A stretch of DNA of 64,000 bases from an uncultured virus (IMG/VR IMGVR_UViG_3300011955_000032) (IMGVR_UViG_3300011955_000032:1-64000), one strand, 5' to 3'. Positions 54,275 through 64,000 are shown, counted from the stretch's first letter. The notes: generated from the letters alone by a model not told the origin. A program made the numbers and translations.

Positions 54275-55503
54275 CGGGGCAGAACAAGGCGCTGGGCCCG
54301 TGGCCCCTGGGTGTGGACAACCGCAAGGCAGACCATGCGCTGACGCAGGCCCAGGGCAATGTCGTGGTGGATCTGCTGCGCAGTGCCACGAACGTGGACA
54401 TCACGGACGAGGGGCGGCTGCGGCGGCGCGCGGGCTTTGCCCTGTCATTGGCCGGCGAGAACGTGCATTCGCTGTGGTCGGATGGTGGCTCGGTGGGCTT
54501 CTGCGCCTCTGGCCAGCGCCTGCTGCAGCTCGATGAGCAGCTGGTGGCCACCGAAGTCCGTGACGACCTCATCCCCGGCCAGCCGCTGTCCTTCTGCGAA
54601 GCAGGCGGCACCTACTTCTACACCGGCGGCGGCCAGCTCGGCATGGTGCGCGACGGCGCGCGCCTGGACTTCACGCCAGCGCCGCGCGTCGTTCCGGCCC
54701 TGGACATCATCGCTGGCGCGCTGCCCGTCGGCCGGTATCAGCTGTGCTTTACGCACCTGGGCCCTGGCGGCGAGTCGGCGGCCACGCCCATCCAGGAGAT
54801 CGAGCTGGCCGAGCCGGGCGGCATCTCCATCAGCACGATCCCGGCGGCCGAGACGCTGCTGGTCTACATGACCGGGCCTGACGGCGAGGTGCTGGGCAGG
54901 GTGGGGCGCGTGGACGGCATGCTGGACATCGTGGCGCCGCCGGCCCTGGGCGCGCGCTGCCAGACCGTGAACCTGGCGCCCATGCCGGCCGGCTCCATCG
55001 TGCGCTTCAGCAATGGTCGGCTGCTGGTGGCTGCCGGCAACCTGCTGGTCTACAGCGAGCCCTTCGGCCTGGGCCTGACCAACCCCAGCAAGAACTACAT
55101 CCCGTTCCCGGCCCCGATCACCGTCGTGGAGCCCTGCGGCACCGGCGTGTTCGTCGCGGCCGACAAGACTTATTGGATCGAGGGCGAGATCACCCAGGCC
55201 TCGCTGGTGGTGCGGCTGCCTTATGGCGGCGTGGCCGGCTCAGGCACGCGCGATCCACTCTCACCCGAGACCGCGCTGTGGATCTCGGAGCGCGGCCTGG
55301 TGGTGGGCACGGCGGACGGCACGGCCACGGCGGTGCAGGAGCCCCGTCTTCTCCTGGCCGGCGGCGCGGCCGGCGCAACCCTGCGCCGCGAGCGCGAAGG
55401 CATGCAGCACGTTGTGACCGCGGTGCGCGACCCCATGGGCGTGACCGGGGCCTGCAGCAGCTATTTCGAGGCAGAGATCATCAGAAAGGGATCACGCAAA
55501 TGA
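54271..55503 (+). CDS. Tail structural protein
   Basis: WPLGVDN, ATNVDITDEGRLRRRAG, YSEPF; coupled. Confidence 0.65.
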   Translation: MTGQNKALGPWPLGVDNRKADHALTQAQGNVVVDLLRSATNVDITDEGRLRRRAGFALSLAGENVHSLWSDGGSVGFCASGQRLLQLDEQLVATEVRDDLIPGQPLSFCEAGGTYFYTGGGQLGMVRDGARLDFTPAPRVVPALDIIAGALPVGRYQLCFTHLGPGGESAATPIQEIELAEPGGISISTIPAAETLLVYMTGPDGEVLGRVGRVDGMLDIVAPPALGARCQTVNLAPMPAGSIVRFSNGRLLVAAGNLLVYSEPFGLGLTNPSKNYIPFPAPITVVEPCGTGVFVAADKTYWIEGEITQASLVVRLPYGGVAGSGTRDPLSPETALWISERGLVVGTADGTATAVQEPRLLLAGGAAGATLRREREGMQHVVTAVRDPMGVTGACSSYFEAEIIRKGSRK

Positions 55504-56009
55504 AACAAGCACATACCGCTGGTGGCGACGCCGGCATTGTCTACACCCTGGAGATCCTCCGGCGCGGCCAGGTCATAGACCGCGAGGTGGTGCACAACCT
55601 GATGCCCGAGGAGGGCCGCAACCACGGCGTCTCCGTGATGCTCAAGGGGGCCACACAGGCGGCGACCTGGTACATCGGCCTGTTCGAGGGCAACTATGTC
55701 CCGGTGGACTCGGACAAGGCGGCGACCTTCCCTACGCTGGCCACCGAGTGCACGGCCTACGCCCCGGCGACCCGCACGGCCTTCACCAGTGGCGCAGTGG
55801 CTGCCGGCACGACCGACAACACGGCCAGCCGGGCCGAGTTCACGTTCACCTCGGCCAAGACGGTCTATGGAGCTTTCCTCACCTCGGCCCAGGCCAAGGG
55901 CGCCGTCACGGGCGTGCTGCTGTCGGCCGCCCGCTTTACCCAGCCCAAGGCGCTGCAGGTGGACGACGTGCTGCGCGTGACGGCCTCGTTCTCCCTGCAG
56001 TCGGCATAA
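55500..56009 (+). CDS. Tail structural protein
   Basis: HNLMPEEG, WYIGLF, AEFTFT..KTVYGAFL, GVLLSAARF. Confidence 0.7.
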   Translation: MKQAHTAGGDAGIVYTLEILRRGQVIDREVVHNLMPEEGRNHGVSVMLKGATQAATWYIGLFEGNYVPVDSDKAATFPTLATECTAYAPATRTAFTSGAVAAGTTDNTASRAEFTFTSAKTVYGAFLTSAQAKGAVTGVLLSAARFTQPKALQVDDVLRVTASFSLQSA

Positions 56010-56020
56010 GGACCAGCACC

Positions 56021-56461
56021 ATGACCACGTACGTTTCCACGGGCCTGCAACGACAGATGCTCAATGCTGGCGGCTTCAAGGAAGTGATGGACGGCAGTGA
56101 GGTTCGCCTCTACGCCGGCCTGCGTCCTGACAGCGCGGATGCCAGCATCGGCGGTGCCACGCTGCTGTGCACGATCAAGAACGGGTCCTCTGGCATCACC
56201 TTCGATGCCGACACCACGCCCGGCGTGCTGCTCAAGCCCACCGGCGAGACTTGGCAGGGCACGAACGTGGCCAGCGGCACGCCCAGCTTCTACCGGATGG
56301 TCAAGTCCGACGACACGGGAGCTGCCTCCACGACGGCTGCACGCGTGCAGGGCGATGTCGGCGTGGTCGGCTCAGATCTCAACATCTCGTCTGGCGCGCT
56401 TACTGCAGGTGCTCCGCAGTCCATCGAGTACTACGCCGTCTCTGTGCTGCCGGCGGCCTGA
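56021..56461 (+). CDS. Tail structural protein
   Basis: RLYAG.RP.SAD, TLLCTI, ASGTPSFYR, RVQGDVG; AAGGA RBS. Confidence 0.7.
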   Translation: MTTYVSTGLQRQMLNAGGFKEVMDGSEVRLYAGLRPDSADASIGGATLLCTIKNGSSGITFDADTTPGVLLKPTGETWQGTNVASGTPSFYRMVKSDDTGAASTTAARVQGDVGVVGSDLNISSGALTAGAPQSIEYYAVSVLPAA

Positions 56462-56468
56462 GCGCGCC

Positions 56469-58394
56469 ATGGAGTTTCCGTCCCGCACCGGCGGCGCCCA
56501 GGGCGGGCTGATCAAGGGCAACCTGTTCGCCCAGTCCGGCATGCCCGCATTCAGCCACACCCGGCACGGCGACGCCGTGATCCACACGGTCAACGGCCGC
56601 ATTGCGATCACGCGCGACCAGGCGGGCGGCCTGCCTCCCTACCTGATGTGCCAGCTCTATCTGGACGGTGTGCTGGGCACGAAGCGCGCGGGCATCGAGG
56701 CCGATGTGCAGACGCTGGAGACCTTCGGGGATACGCCGGCAGCAGGGCAGGACTGGCGCAGCGGCAACGGCGTGTTCGTTGGCGATGGGTACTTCCTGTG
56801 CCTGCGCCGCAATGCCGAGAGCACGGCGGCCCGTCCGGCGCTGATCAACATCGATGACCCCGAGGCGCCTGCGGTGGATTCACGGTCGGCCGACAACGTG
56901 GCCGGGGCCAATGTGTTCTTCGATGTGCCGTACCTGATGGAGCGCACCACGGGTGCGGGCTGCCTGTTCCCTTCGGTGATGGCCTGCGGCTGGCGCGACA
57001 GCGCGCGGCGCTACGGCTTCGCGGTCTTCGGGATCCTGGTGGATGGCACCTCGATCCTGCAGTCGCGCTATGTCTGCTTCGTCGGCGACACCGGCACGCG
57101 CTCCGTACGAATGATCGACCTCCCAACGCTGCCGGACTCGCCTTTCCCTGTGCTTGTCTACGGCGACCCCGACCGCAAGGTCTACAAGACCAGTTGGTGG
57201 GGCGTGGAGACCTGCGACTACCGTACCTATTACAGCGAGGCAGAAGGCACGACGCTGGACCCTGGGCCTGCTCGCTGCTACTGCATCGCGCCCGGCCACC
57301 TGGTCACGGTGCTGATGCCACAGGAGCGCCTGGACGTGCCGCCCGATGCGCAGGGCGGATACACCATCCACCCAAATCGCCTACCAGCAGGTTCGGCCCC
57401 GCGCCTGCTGCGCTCGCGCGACTTCGGCGAGACCTGGAGCATCGAGAGCGCTGATTTCCTGATTGCCGACGATCCGCCAGCGCCTGATCCCCTGTTCGAC
57501 GGCACGCCAACCCAGCGCGTGAGCTGGCAGTCCATGTTCATCGCGGCGCCATTCGGCGATGGCCGCGTGGCCCTGACCGCCCACGGCAAGAGCCTGGGCA
57601 GCTTCTCCTATGAAACGGCCGAGAACGAGAACTTCGCATCCGCGCACCGGGCCTGGCGCTTCTACGTGGCCGACAGCCACGGCAGCGGCTTTCGCAACGT
57701 GCCCTGGCCGCTGGACCAGATGCGTGGCTACTTCGAGAGCGTGCTGGACCTGGGCGGCGATGCCGAGCGCAGCTACGAGTACCCGCTGTTCTATCCGGAC
57801 CAGCGCGCTGCGCGTGCGTACTCCTTCGGGCCGGGCAACTTCACGATCTGCACCATGCGCTCGCACCTGTCCCTGCCGGGCCTGGTCTGGGGCAGCTATC
57901 CCCAGGACTACCCGGTCACGGCATGGATGACCGGCGACTACGGCCTGACCTGGACAGCCCACCTGGTGCCCGACAGCTGCAAGCCCTATGCGACACGGCT
58001 GCAGGAGCTCAAGGACGCCTACGGCATGGGCACCGGCAACGGCAGCCAGCTCAGCGACGGCTGGGCGCTGAACTGGTTCAAGCTGGGGTTCTATGAGCCC
58101 GCCGTGCCAGCCGGCGCCGAGGCCGCGCAGCCGCCGCTGGTGACGGTGATGACGCACGATGTGGTGGGGCCGCTGCTGCTGTGTGCCAGCACCGACGCGG
58201 CCGCGCCCGTCGAGAGCCTGGCGCCCATCAAGGAGCCCAGCTCCATCGACATCACCGTGGCCGCTGACCCGACCAACATCTATGCGGAATTCAGCCGCGT
58301 GCCCTACGAGTGGTTCTACACCGGCGACGCGCTCAATCCCATGTACCCGGAGCTGGTGTACCCGGGCTATCCAGAATTCGAGGTGGAGCCATGA
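56469..58394 (+). CDS. Tail-associated protein with BNR/Asp-box motifs (beta-propeller-like)
   Basis: RSRDFGETW, ADSHGSGF, TGDYGLTW. Confidence 0.6.
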   Translation: MEFPSRTGGAQGGLIKGNLFAQSGMPAFSHTRHGDAVIHTVNGRIAITRDQAGGLPPYLMCQLYLDGVLGTKRAGIEADVQTLETFGDTPAAGQDWRSGNGVFVGDGYFLCLRRNAESTAARPALINIDDPEAPAVDSRSADNVAGANVFFDVPYLMERTTGAGCLFPSVMACGWRDSARRYGFAVFGILVDGTSILQSRYVCFVGDTGTRSVRMIDLPTLPDSPFPVLVYGDPDRKVYKTSWWGVETCDYRTYYSEAEGTTLDPGPARCYCIAPGHLVTVLMPQERLDVPPDAQGGYTIHPNRLPAGSAPRLLRSRDFGETWSIESADFLIADDPPAPDPLFDGTPTQRVSWQSMFIAAPFGDGRVALTAHGKSLGSFSYETAENENFASAHRAWRFYVADSHGSGFRNVPWPLDQMRGYFESVLDLGGDAERSYEYPLFYPDQRAARAYSFGPGNFTICTMRSHLSLPGLVWGSYPQDYPVTAWMTGDYGLTWTAHLVPDSCKPYATRLQELKDAYGMGTGNGSQLSDGWALNWFKLGFYEPAVPAGAEAAQPPLVTVMTHDVVGPLLLCASTDAAAPVESLAPIKEPSSIDITVAADPTNIYAEFSRVPYEWFYTGDALNPMYPELVYPGYPEFEVEP

Positions 58395-60415
58395 CGACGC
58401 TCATCAAATCGGAGCGCTTCGACACGCCCGAGCCATTGCCTCCCGTGCCTCCGGTGGTGCGCCGATACACGGTCACCACCCAGGTGCCGAAGTACGGCCG
58501 CATCCCGGTTTTCACGCGCGCAGAGGCGGATGTGATCCTGTACCCCAAAGTGCCAACGGCATTGGCGAGGGCGGGCATGGACCTGAACGGCAACTGGATC
58601 CTGGTGCACAACTGGTACAAGACCGTCATCACGGGCTACACGACGGTGACGGAGGTGCGCACAGATGTGATCCCGCAGCCACAGCCCCCCCAGCCTACGG
58701 CGACTCCTGTGCCAGATGCATGGGACGCCACAGCCCGCTCGATCGACGCCTTCGCGGACCCTGTGCGCGCCACGTTCGCATTGGGACCGGGGACGCGCGG
58801 GGCGGTGCGGGCTGGGCTGACCTTCCTGGAAGCCAAGCCGGGCACGGAGCAGAGCCACATCATCCACGGCTTCAAGGTCGAGTCCGGCATGGCCTATGTG
58901 CAGACGCAGGCGCCCGCCGGTTTCCCGCCCTCTGACGCTGCCACGGAGACCATCATGCCGGCCCGCAGCGTTGTGCCCGGCGATGTGATGCGCATCGATG
59001 TGGTGGCCGGCGTGGTGAGCTACTTCGTCAACGACCAGTTGATGGCGCGCGGTCCGTCCTATCTGTCCAACTTCCCGGCGCACCTGGGTGCCGCCCTGTA
59101 CTCGACAGCGGACTCAATCCAGGGCGCCACCATCGAGCCACTTGGCGCCACGGGCCGGGGCCAGGCCCAGCTGAAGCTGGTGGCGGTGGGTGGCCCCACC
59201 GACGCTGGCAGGCTGAAGCTGCGCCTGCATGCCAAAGGCGGTCAGACCGGTAACGGCTTCAAGCTGCGCCTACACGCCACCGGCGGCGACAGGCCGCCCG
59301 GCTACGGCCAGGCCCACCTGCCGGCACTGCGCGCCCAGGGGTTTGGCTACACCGGGGCGACGGCACAAGCCACAGTGCGCCTGTTCTCGCGGGTGGTGTC
59401 GTTTGGCAGCGACAGGCCCTACAGTGCGGGGGCTCTGGTATTGCAGCTGGCCACCCTGGCGCGCACGGAGGCACCGGCCACCGAGGTGATCGGCTCAGCT
59501 CGGGGCGTGATGGCGGTGCTGGAGTCCACGGCCACATTCCCGCACGCCGGGGCCTACGAGGTGGTGCGCGGCGGGGCACAGTTCGAGGGGGCAATCTCTC
59601 CAGTGCTGCCGCATCAGGCTGCAGGCCGGGCTACTGCAGTGTTCAAGGGATCGCGCCGCCTGCTCGATGAGTTGCTGGTGCGTTGCCGGGGCAGCAGTGC
59701 CTTCGGCGCCCAGCGGCTGCTGGATGGCGCGCTGGTGGCACAGGGGCAGATTGGCGCGCAATGGCTGGGCCTGCTGCTGGTCTCGGAGTCGCTGCACACC
59801 GTTGGCGTGGCCGGCGTGGACCTGCTGGGCCAGCGCACCGTCGGTGAGGCCTTCACCACAGGCGCCACGGGCGACATCGCAGTGCAGGCCGGCCAGGTGC
59901 TGCAGGCCGCGCTGCAGGCGCTGGGCTATGCCGGCGTGGCGGTGGGCGAACCTGGCCGCAACCTGTCGGTCTGGTCGATCAACACCGCCACGGGCGCGAG
60001 CTCGGCCTATGAGGGCTATCCCTTCAACAGCTTCGCGCGCATCGGCGGCCGGTACTTCGGCGCCACGGCGGACGGAATCTACGAGCTGGAGGGCAACGAC
60101 GACGCCGGCCAGCCCATCGCAGCCCACGCCAACTTGGGGCAGCGCAATTTCGGCTCCAACCGCCTGAAGGCCTGGCCTACAGCCTACCTGGGTGTGTCCA
60201 GCCGTGGGCACATGGTGGTGCGCGTGACAACAGAACGCGAGACGTACACCTACCGGGCGCGCAGCAGTGGCCGGGACATGCAGACCCAGCGCGTGGACTT
60301 CGGCCGGGGCCTGCGCGCCAACTACATCACGCTGGAGCTCATGAACGAGTGCGGCGCCGACTTTGACCTCGATGGCATCGAGTTCACGGTCGTTGAACTT
60401 GGAAGGAGGATCTGA
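58391..60415 (+). CDS. Tail structural protein
   Basis: C-terminal YEGYPFNSFA..GGRYFGA..DGIYEL.G, RVDFGRGLRANY. Confidence 0.65.
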   Translation: MTTLIKSERFDTPEPLPPVPPVVRRYTVTTQVPKYGRIPVFTRAEADVILYPKVPTALARAGMDLNGNWILVHNWYKTVITGYTTVTEVRTDVIPQPQPPQPTATPVPDAWDATARSIDAFADPVRATFALGPGTRGAVRAGLTFLEAKPGTEQSHIIHGFKVESGMAYVQTQAPAGFPPSDAATETIMPARSVVPGDVMRIDVVAGVVSYFVNDQLMARGPSYLSNFPAHLGAALYSTADSIQGATIEPLGATGRGQAQLKLVAVGGPTDAGRLKLRLHAKGGQTGNGFKLRLHATGGDRPPGYGQAHLPALRAQGFGYTGATAQATVRLFSRVVSFGSDRPYSAGALVLQLATLARTEAPATEVIGSARGVMAVLESTATFPHAGAYEVVRGGAQFEGAISPVLPHQAAGRATAVFKGSRRLLDELLVRCRGSSAFGAQRLLDGALVAQGQIGAQWLGLLLVSESLHTVGVAGVDLLGQRTVGEAFTTGATGDIAVQAGQVLQAALQALGYAGVAVGEPGRNLSVWSINTATGASSAYEGYPFNSFARIGGRYFGATADGIYELEGNDDAGQPIAAHANLGQRNFGSNRLKAWPTAYLGVSSRGHMVVRVTTERETYTYRARSSGRDMQTQRVDFGRGLRANYITLELMNECGADFDLDGIEFTVVELGRRI

Positions 60416-60417
60416 GC

Positions 60418-61830
60418 ATGGCCACCGAAAGCACGAATATCAGCATCATCATGCTGGAGCGGATATGGGAGCTGCTGAACGGCATCATCGATGAGAAGAA
60501 CAGCGCTGCCGAATCGCAGCTCAATGCTGCACTGGGAGCTGCAGGCTCCGTCGCGGTAGAGTTCGATAAAGGCGCAGCCACAGCGGCCGCCTCTGCCATC
60601 AATGCGGTCACAGCCCCAGCACTGGGGCCGATGACATCGCCCGGCACTCCGGCATTGCTGCCCTCGGCGCCAGACCCGGGCCAGGCCCCGACACCCGTGG
60701 CGATCCTGACTCCGGGCCTGGGAGCTATCGACCCGATGGCGGACTACGGCCAGGCGCCTGCATTCGACGATGCCGATGCCTTCACCATGGACAGCCTGCG
60801 CAACCTCTACGAGAACGACCGGGCCGAAATGCTGCAGCAGCTGGAGTTCTCGTTCCAGGGCTTCATGGCCGAGTACTTCCCGCCAGGGGGCTACTTCGAC
60901 ATGGCCACGGCCTGGCTGGAGCGCGTGCTCGATGCCCAGGGCACCGGCATTCCCATCGCCGTGGAAAGCGCCCTGTGGGAGCGCGACCGGGCACGGCTCA
61001 CGGCCGAAGCCAGCCGCGCGGAGGACGAGGCGCTGACGATGTGGGCGGGCCGCGGCTACGCGCTGCCGCCCGGCGCCCTGGTGCACAGCACCCAGCTGAT
61101 CCGGGCCGGCCTGACCAATGCGCTGGCCCAGCAGTCGCGCGACATCGCAATCAAGGTCACGGACGTGCACGTCGAGAACGCGCGCCTCGCAGTGGGGCAG
61201 GCCGCGCAGATCCGCTCCCAGGCCATCGGCGCCGCAGTGGAGTACGTCAAGGCCCTTATGGTCAGCCCACAGTACGTGGGCCAGTGGCTGGGCGCACTGC
61301 TGGATGGGCGTGCCAAGCTGGTCGGCGCCCAGGCCGACGTGTTCCGCACGCGGGCCGGCGTGGCAGTGGACGTGTTCAAGGTCGGCGCGCAGACCCAGCT
61401 CGACAAGTTCAAGACCTCGGCCGATGTGGGGATCGAGTCCGCCAAGACGCAAAACGCCACGGGCCTGGAGGCCTATCGCGTCGGCGCCGACGTGGGCCGT
61501 CAGCAATTCCAGGCCGAATTGGACCTGTACCGCAGCTCCGAGCAATTCCGGCTGGAGCACTTCAAGACAGTGGAGGACCGGGCCCTGCGCTACTTCGAAG
61601 GCGAGTTGCGCGCGGCCCAGGTCAAGGGCGAGATGCTGACTCGGGCCGGCGAGTTGGGCGCCCGTGTCAGTGAAGGCGTCTCGAAGGTGGAGCTGGAGAA
61701 GGCGCAGATGAAGGTCCAAGCCATGATGGAGGCCGCCAAGATGCTGGCTACCCAGTGCGCCGCTGCCCTGAACAACATGCAGTTGTCGGCCCAGGCCAGC
61801 AATTCGTCCACGACCAGCGGACGCATGTAG
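60418..61830 (+). CDS. Helical virion protein
   Basis: LWERDRAR...WAGRGYALPPG; long coiled coil. Confidence 0.65.
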   Translation: MATESTNISIIMLERIWELLNGIIDEKNSAAESQLNAALGAAGSVAVEFDKGAATAAASAINAVTAPALGPMTSPGTPALLPSAPDPGQAPTPVAILTPGLGAIDPMADYGQAPAFDDADAFTMDSLRNLYENDRAEMLQQLEFSFQGFMAEYFPPGGYFDMATAWLERVLDAQGTGIPIAVESALWERDRARLTAEASRAEDEALTMWAGRGYALPPGALVHSTQLIRAGLTNALAQQSRDIAIKVTDVHVENARLAVGQAAQIRSQAIGAAVEYVKALMVSPQYVGQWLGALLDGRAKLVGAQADVFRTRAGVAVDVFKVGAQTQLDKFKTSADVGIESAKTQNATGLEAYRVGADVGRQQFQAELDLYRSSEQFRLEHFKTVEDRALRYFEGELRAAQVKGEMLTRAGELGARVSEGVSKVELEKAQMKVQAMMEAAKMLATQCAAALNNMQLSAQASNSSTTSGRM

Positions 61831-61836
61831 CCTGCC

Positions 61837-61877
61837 CCCGGCTAGGGTTCGCCTCCGGGTGGCCCTGCCGGGACACT
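61837..61877 (+). promoter_or_regulatory. Late promoter motif, copy 7
   Basis: CCC GGCTA GGGTTCG-N20-GACACT-N7-ATG. Confidence 0.75.
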
Positions 61878-61884
61878 GCGGGGC

Positions 61885-62241
61885 ATGACCAAGCCGGCCA
61901 ATCTCAAACTGCAGATCTACCAGGGCGCGACCTTTCGCAAGCGCCTGCGCTGGCTCAACCCCGACAAGACCCCCATCGACCTGACGGGCTGCACGGCTCG
62001 CATGCAGGTGCGTGAGGAAGTGGAGTCCGCGGCTGTCCTGCTGGAGCTGACCACGGAGAACGGTCGAATTGCCTTGGGCGGCACGGCCGGCACGATGGAC
62101 CTGCTGATCGACGCTGGCACCACGGCCGCCATCACCTGGGGCGGCGGGGTCTGGGACCTGGAGATCGTCCACCCCGGCGGCGAGGTCACGCGCCTGGCCC
62201 AAGGCTCCTGCTGCGTGAGCCCGGAGGTCACCCGTGACTGA
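61885..62241 (+). CDS. Tail-fibre-module protein (BppU-N-like)
   Basis: IYQGATF, PIDLTGCTARMQVR, WDLEI. Confidence 0.7.
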   Translation: MTKPANLKLQIYQGATFRKRLRWLNPDKTPIDLTGCTARMQVREEVESAAVLLELTTENGRIALGGTAGTMDLLIDAGTTAAITWGGGVWDLEIVHPGGEVTRLAQGSCCVSPEVTRD

Positions 62242-62728
62242 TTTGCTGGTCGTCCAAGAGGTCGAGATCCTGGCGGAAGAGGCCCAGGACTCGGTGCTGG
62301 TCGAGCAGGTCGAGGAAATCGAGATCCTGGCTGTGGCGGAGCAGGGGCCTCCTGGCCGTCCCGGCGAGCCCGGCCCTGCCGGCGGCGCATCGGTGCAGCG
62401 AACGTCCGGCACGAACCTGTCGGCCTTGCTCGCGGTGTACGAACTGAATGGCGTAGTGCGCGCGCTGAGCGCTGACGATGCGGCGCACATCGACCTGTTG
62501 CTGGGCATCACGATGACGGCGGCCCAGGTTGGCGAGCCCGTCAACGTCCAGAGGCTGGGGTCCATCGAGGACTCCAGCTGGAACTGGGTGCCAGGCCGGA
62601 TTTACCTGGGTACCCATGGATCGCTCACCCAGACACCGCCTACAACCGGCTTTGACCTGCTCATCGGCTCCGCCACTTCCCCCACGCGCATCGCGCTGAA
62701 TCTGCAAGACCCTATTTCACTGGAGTAA
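62234..62728 (+). CDS. Virion accessory protein with a short collagen-like stretch
   Basis: GPPGRPGEPGPAG; WNWVPGRIYLGTHGSLTQTPP. Confidence 0.7.
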   Translation: MTDLLVVQEVEILAEEAQDSVLVEQVEEIEILAVAEQGPPGRPGEPGPAGGASVQRTSGTNLSALLAVYELNGVVRALSADDAAHIDLLLGITMTAAQVGEPVNVQRLGSIEDSSWNWVPGRIYLGTHGSLTQTPPTTGFDLLIGSATSPTRIALNLQDPISLE

Positions 62729-62733
62729 GCACC

Positions 62734-63264
62734 ATGGCAACTCAACCTACCCAGGGCTTTCTGGCCCGTATCTCGGGCAAGACCCGCCAACTCTTCGGCC
62801 TGGCCGTGTCAACCGGCGCAGCGGACGCAGGCAAGCTCGTGGCCACCGGATCGGACGGGCGGCTGGACCCCTCGCTGTTGCCCGCCGGTATCGGTGCCAA
62901 TACGACCATCGTGCCGGCAAGCGAAGCCATCGGTGCGGGCAAGTTCGTGAATTTCCATTCCAATGCTGGCGCACTGAATGTGCGACTGGCCGACAACAGC
63001 AATGGCCGTCAGGCCGATGGCTTCGTCAAGGATGCCGCGGCTTCGGCTGGCAGTGCCACCGTGTATCCCCTGGACACCACGAACTCCTCGCTGACTGGCC
63101 TGACGCCGGGCAGCCGGTATTGGCTCGGCACTGCGGGGGGTGTCCTCGCCGCGGCCCTCGATCCCACGGACACGGCCAATGCGAGCAAGGTCTGCCAGGA
63201 GCTGGGCACGGCCAAAAGCGCGACTGAACTGGTCACGGATGATCTTGGCTACGTGACCCTCTGA
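62734..63264 (+). CDS. Virion accessory protein
   Basis: GRLDPSLLP, RLADNS, GLTPGSRYWL. Confidence 0.7.
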   Translation: MATQPTQGFLARISGKTRQLFGLAVSTGAADAGKLVATGSDGRLDPSLLPAGIGANTTIVPASEAIGAGKFVNFHSNAGALNVRLADNSNGRQADGFVKDAAASAGSATVYPLDTTNSSLTGLTPGSRYWLGTAGGVLAAALDPTDTANASKVCQELGTAKSATELVTDDLGYVTL

Positions 63265-63265
63265 A

Positions 63266-64000
63266 ATGACTGCACGGCGACCACTTGTCAGATTCGGCGG
63301 GCGCATTCGGCAGCTGCCCAGCGGCGACACGCTGTCTGGCGTGCGCGAGATGCTCACTGCCGCTCGCACCTACTATGTCCGCACTGATGGCAGCGACAGC
63401 AATACCGGGCTGAGCAATACTGCAGGCGGGGCGTTTGCGACGATACAGCGCGCAATGGATGTTGCTGGGATGCTGGATACAGGCATCTTCAATGTGACGG
63501 TTCAGGTCGCGGCTGGAAGCTACACGGGGACGGTGAACATTCCCTTGATGGTCGGCAGTGGGTTGCTTGAAATTATTGGCGATGTTTCCGTGCCTGCAAA
63601 TTGCAGCTTTTCGTCATCTGGCACATGTTTTCAGGCGGCTGATTATGCGAAAGCTTCTGTCGTAGGATTCAAAGTATCTGGTTCTATTGGGATGCGTGGA
63701 GTTCGTGGCGGCGGTCTATTCTTTGCCTCAATTGATTTTGGTAGCTGTTCATCAAGCCACATAGAGGCGTCAAATGGTGGGTGGATTCGATCTACAGGTA
63801 ACTACACAGTATCCGGAGCATCTCCACGACACATCTACTCATTCACCCTGTCTCGAGTGCTAATACCAGGTGGAATTATCACCTTCAGTAGCACGTTTAC
63901 TTATTCGGATGCTTTTGTACGATCCTCGCTGGGTTCCAGTGTCCAGGTGCAGGGTGCAGTGTTTTACGGTTCTGCCATCGGGTCAAGATATCGCGTGGAG
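63266..64000 (+). CDS. Tail fibre / tailspike with a beta-helix-like domain (truncated by the window end)
   Basis: MTARRPLV...TYYVRTDGSDSNTGL...AFATIQRA...VQVAAGSY; open to the window end; distal part AT-richer. Confidence 0.8.
   Translation, partial: MTARRPLVRFGGRIRQLPSGDTLSGVREMLTAARTYYVRTDGSDSNTGLSNTAGGAFATIQRAMDVAGMLDTGIFNVTVQVAAGSYTGTVNIPLMVGSGLLEIIGDVSVPANCSFSSSGTCFQAADYAKASVVGFKVSGSIGMRGVRGGGLFFASIDFGSCSSSHIEASNGGWIRSTGNYTVSGASPRHIYSFTLSRVLIPGGIITFSSTFTYSDAFVRSSLGSSVQVQGAVFYGSAIGSRYRVE

Larger units (their letters stand above)
5026..64000. mobile_element. Temperate prophage with lambdoid-type control region and podovirus-like virion module; continues beyond the window
   Basis: int/xis, recombination genes, cI/cro, replication genes, terminase, portal, capsid, ejection and tail genes in canonical order. 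Confidence 0.97.

Noticed and set aside
33479..61877. The GGTTCG-containing repeats as tRNA T-loop remnants or att sites
   Set aside because: They lack T-stem pairing and CCA. The fixed 20-nt spacing to a -10-like hexamer and start codon fits promoters better.
53600..64000. Diversity-generating retroelement or invertible tail-fibre cassette
   Set aside because: No reverse transcriptase, invertase or template/variable repeat pair is visible in the window; it cannot be excluded downstream.

Overview
Most of this window (about 5026-64000) is one large, apparently intact temperate prophage from a GC-rich host, probably a betaproteobacterium (Comamonadaceae-like; inferred). It contains integrase/xis, a long leftward early operon (DNA methyltransferase, H-NS, DnaQ-like exonuclease, YqaJ/Bet recombination pair, two HNH genes), a cI/cro switch with recognisable operators, replication and nin-like genes, and a podovirus-type virion module (terminase, portal, N4-gp56-type capsid, ejection proteins including a 2276-aa polyvalent protein, tail genes). 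The lysis cassette and far att site are not in the window. To the left, separated by a tRNA 3'-end att fragment, lies a second AT-richer element (P4-type integrase, AlpA, two inovirus-Gp2/YagK-like genes) ending in a frameshifted IS3/IS407 remnant. The most striking unexplained structure is a motif, CCC-N5-GGGTTCG-N20-NASACT-N6/7-ATG, found seven times in front of virion genes. It suggests distributed, activator-dependent late promoters making mostly leaderless mRNAs, with accessory genes inserted just upstream of several copies. Also notable are two large structured non-coding regions in the early operon, a stand-alone SOS-box gene, and several candidate defence or superinfection-exclusion morons. 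All product calls come from motif recognition by eye, not database searches.
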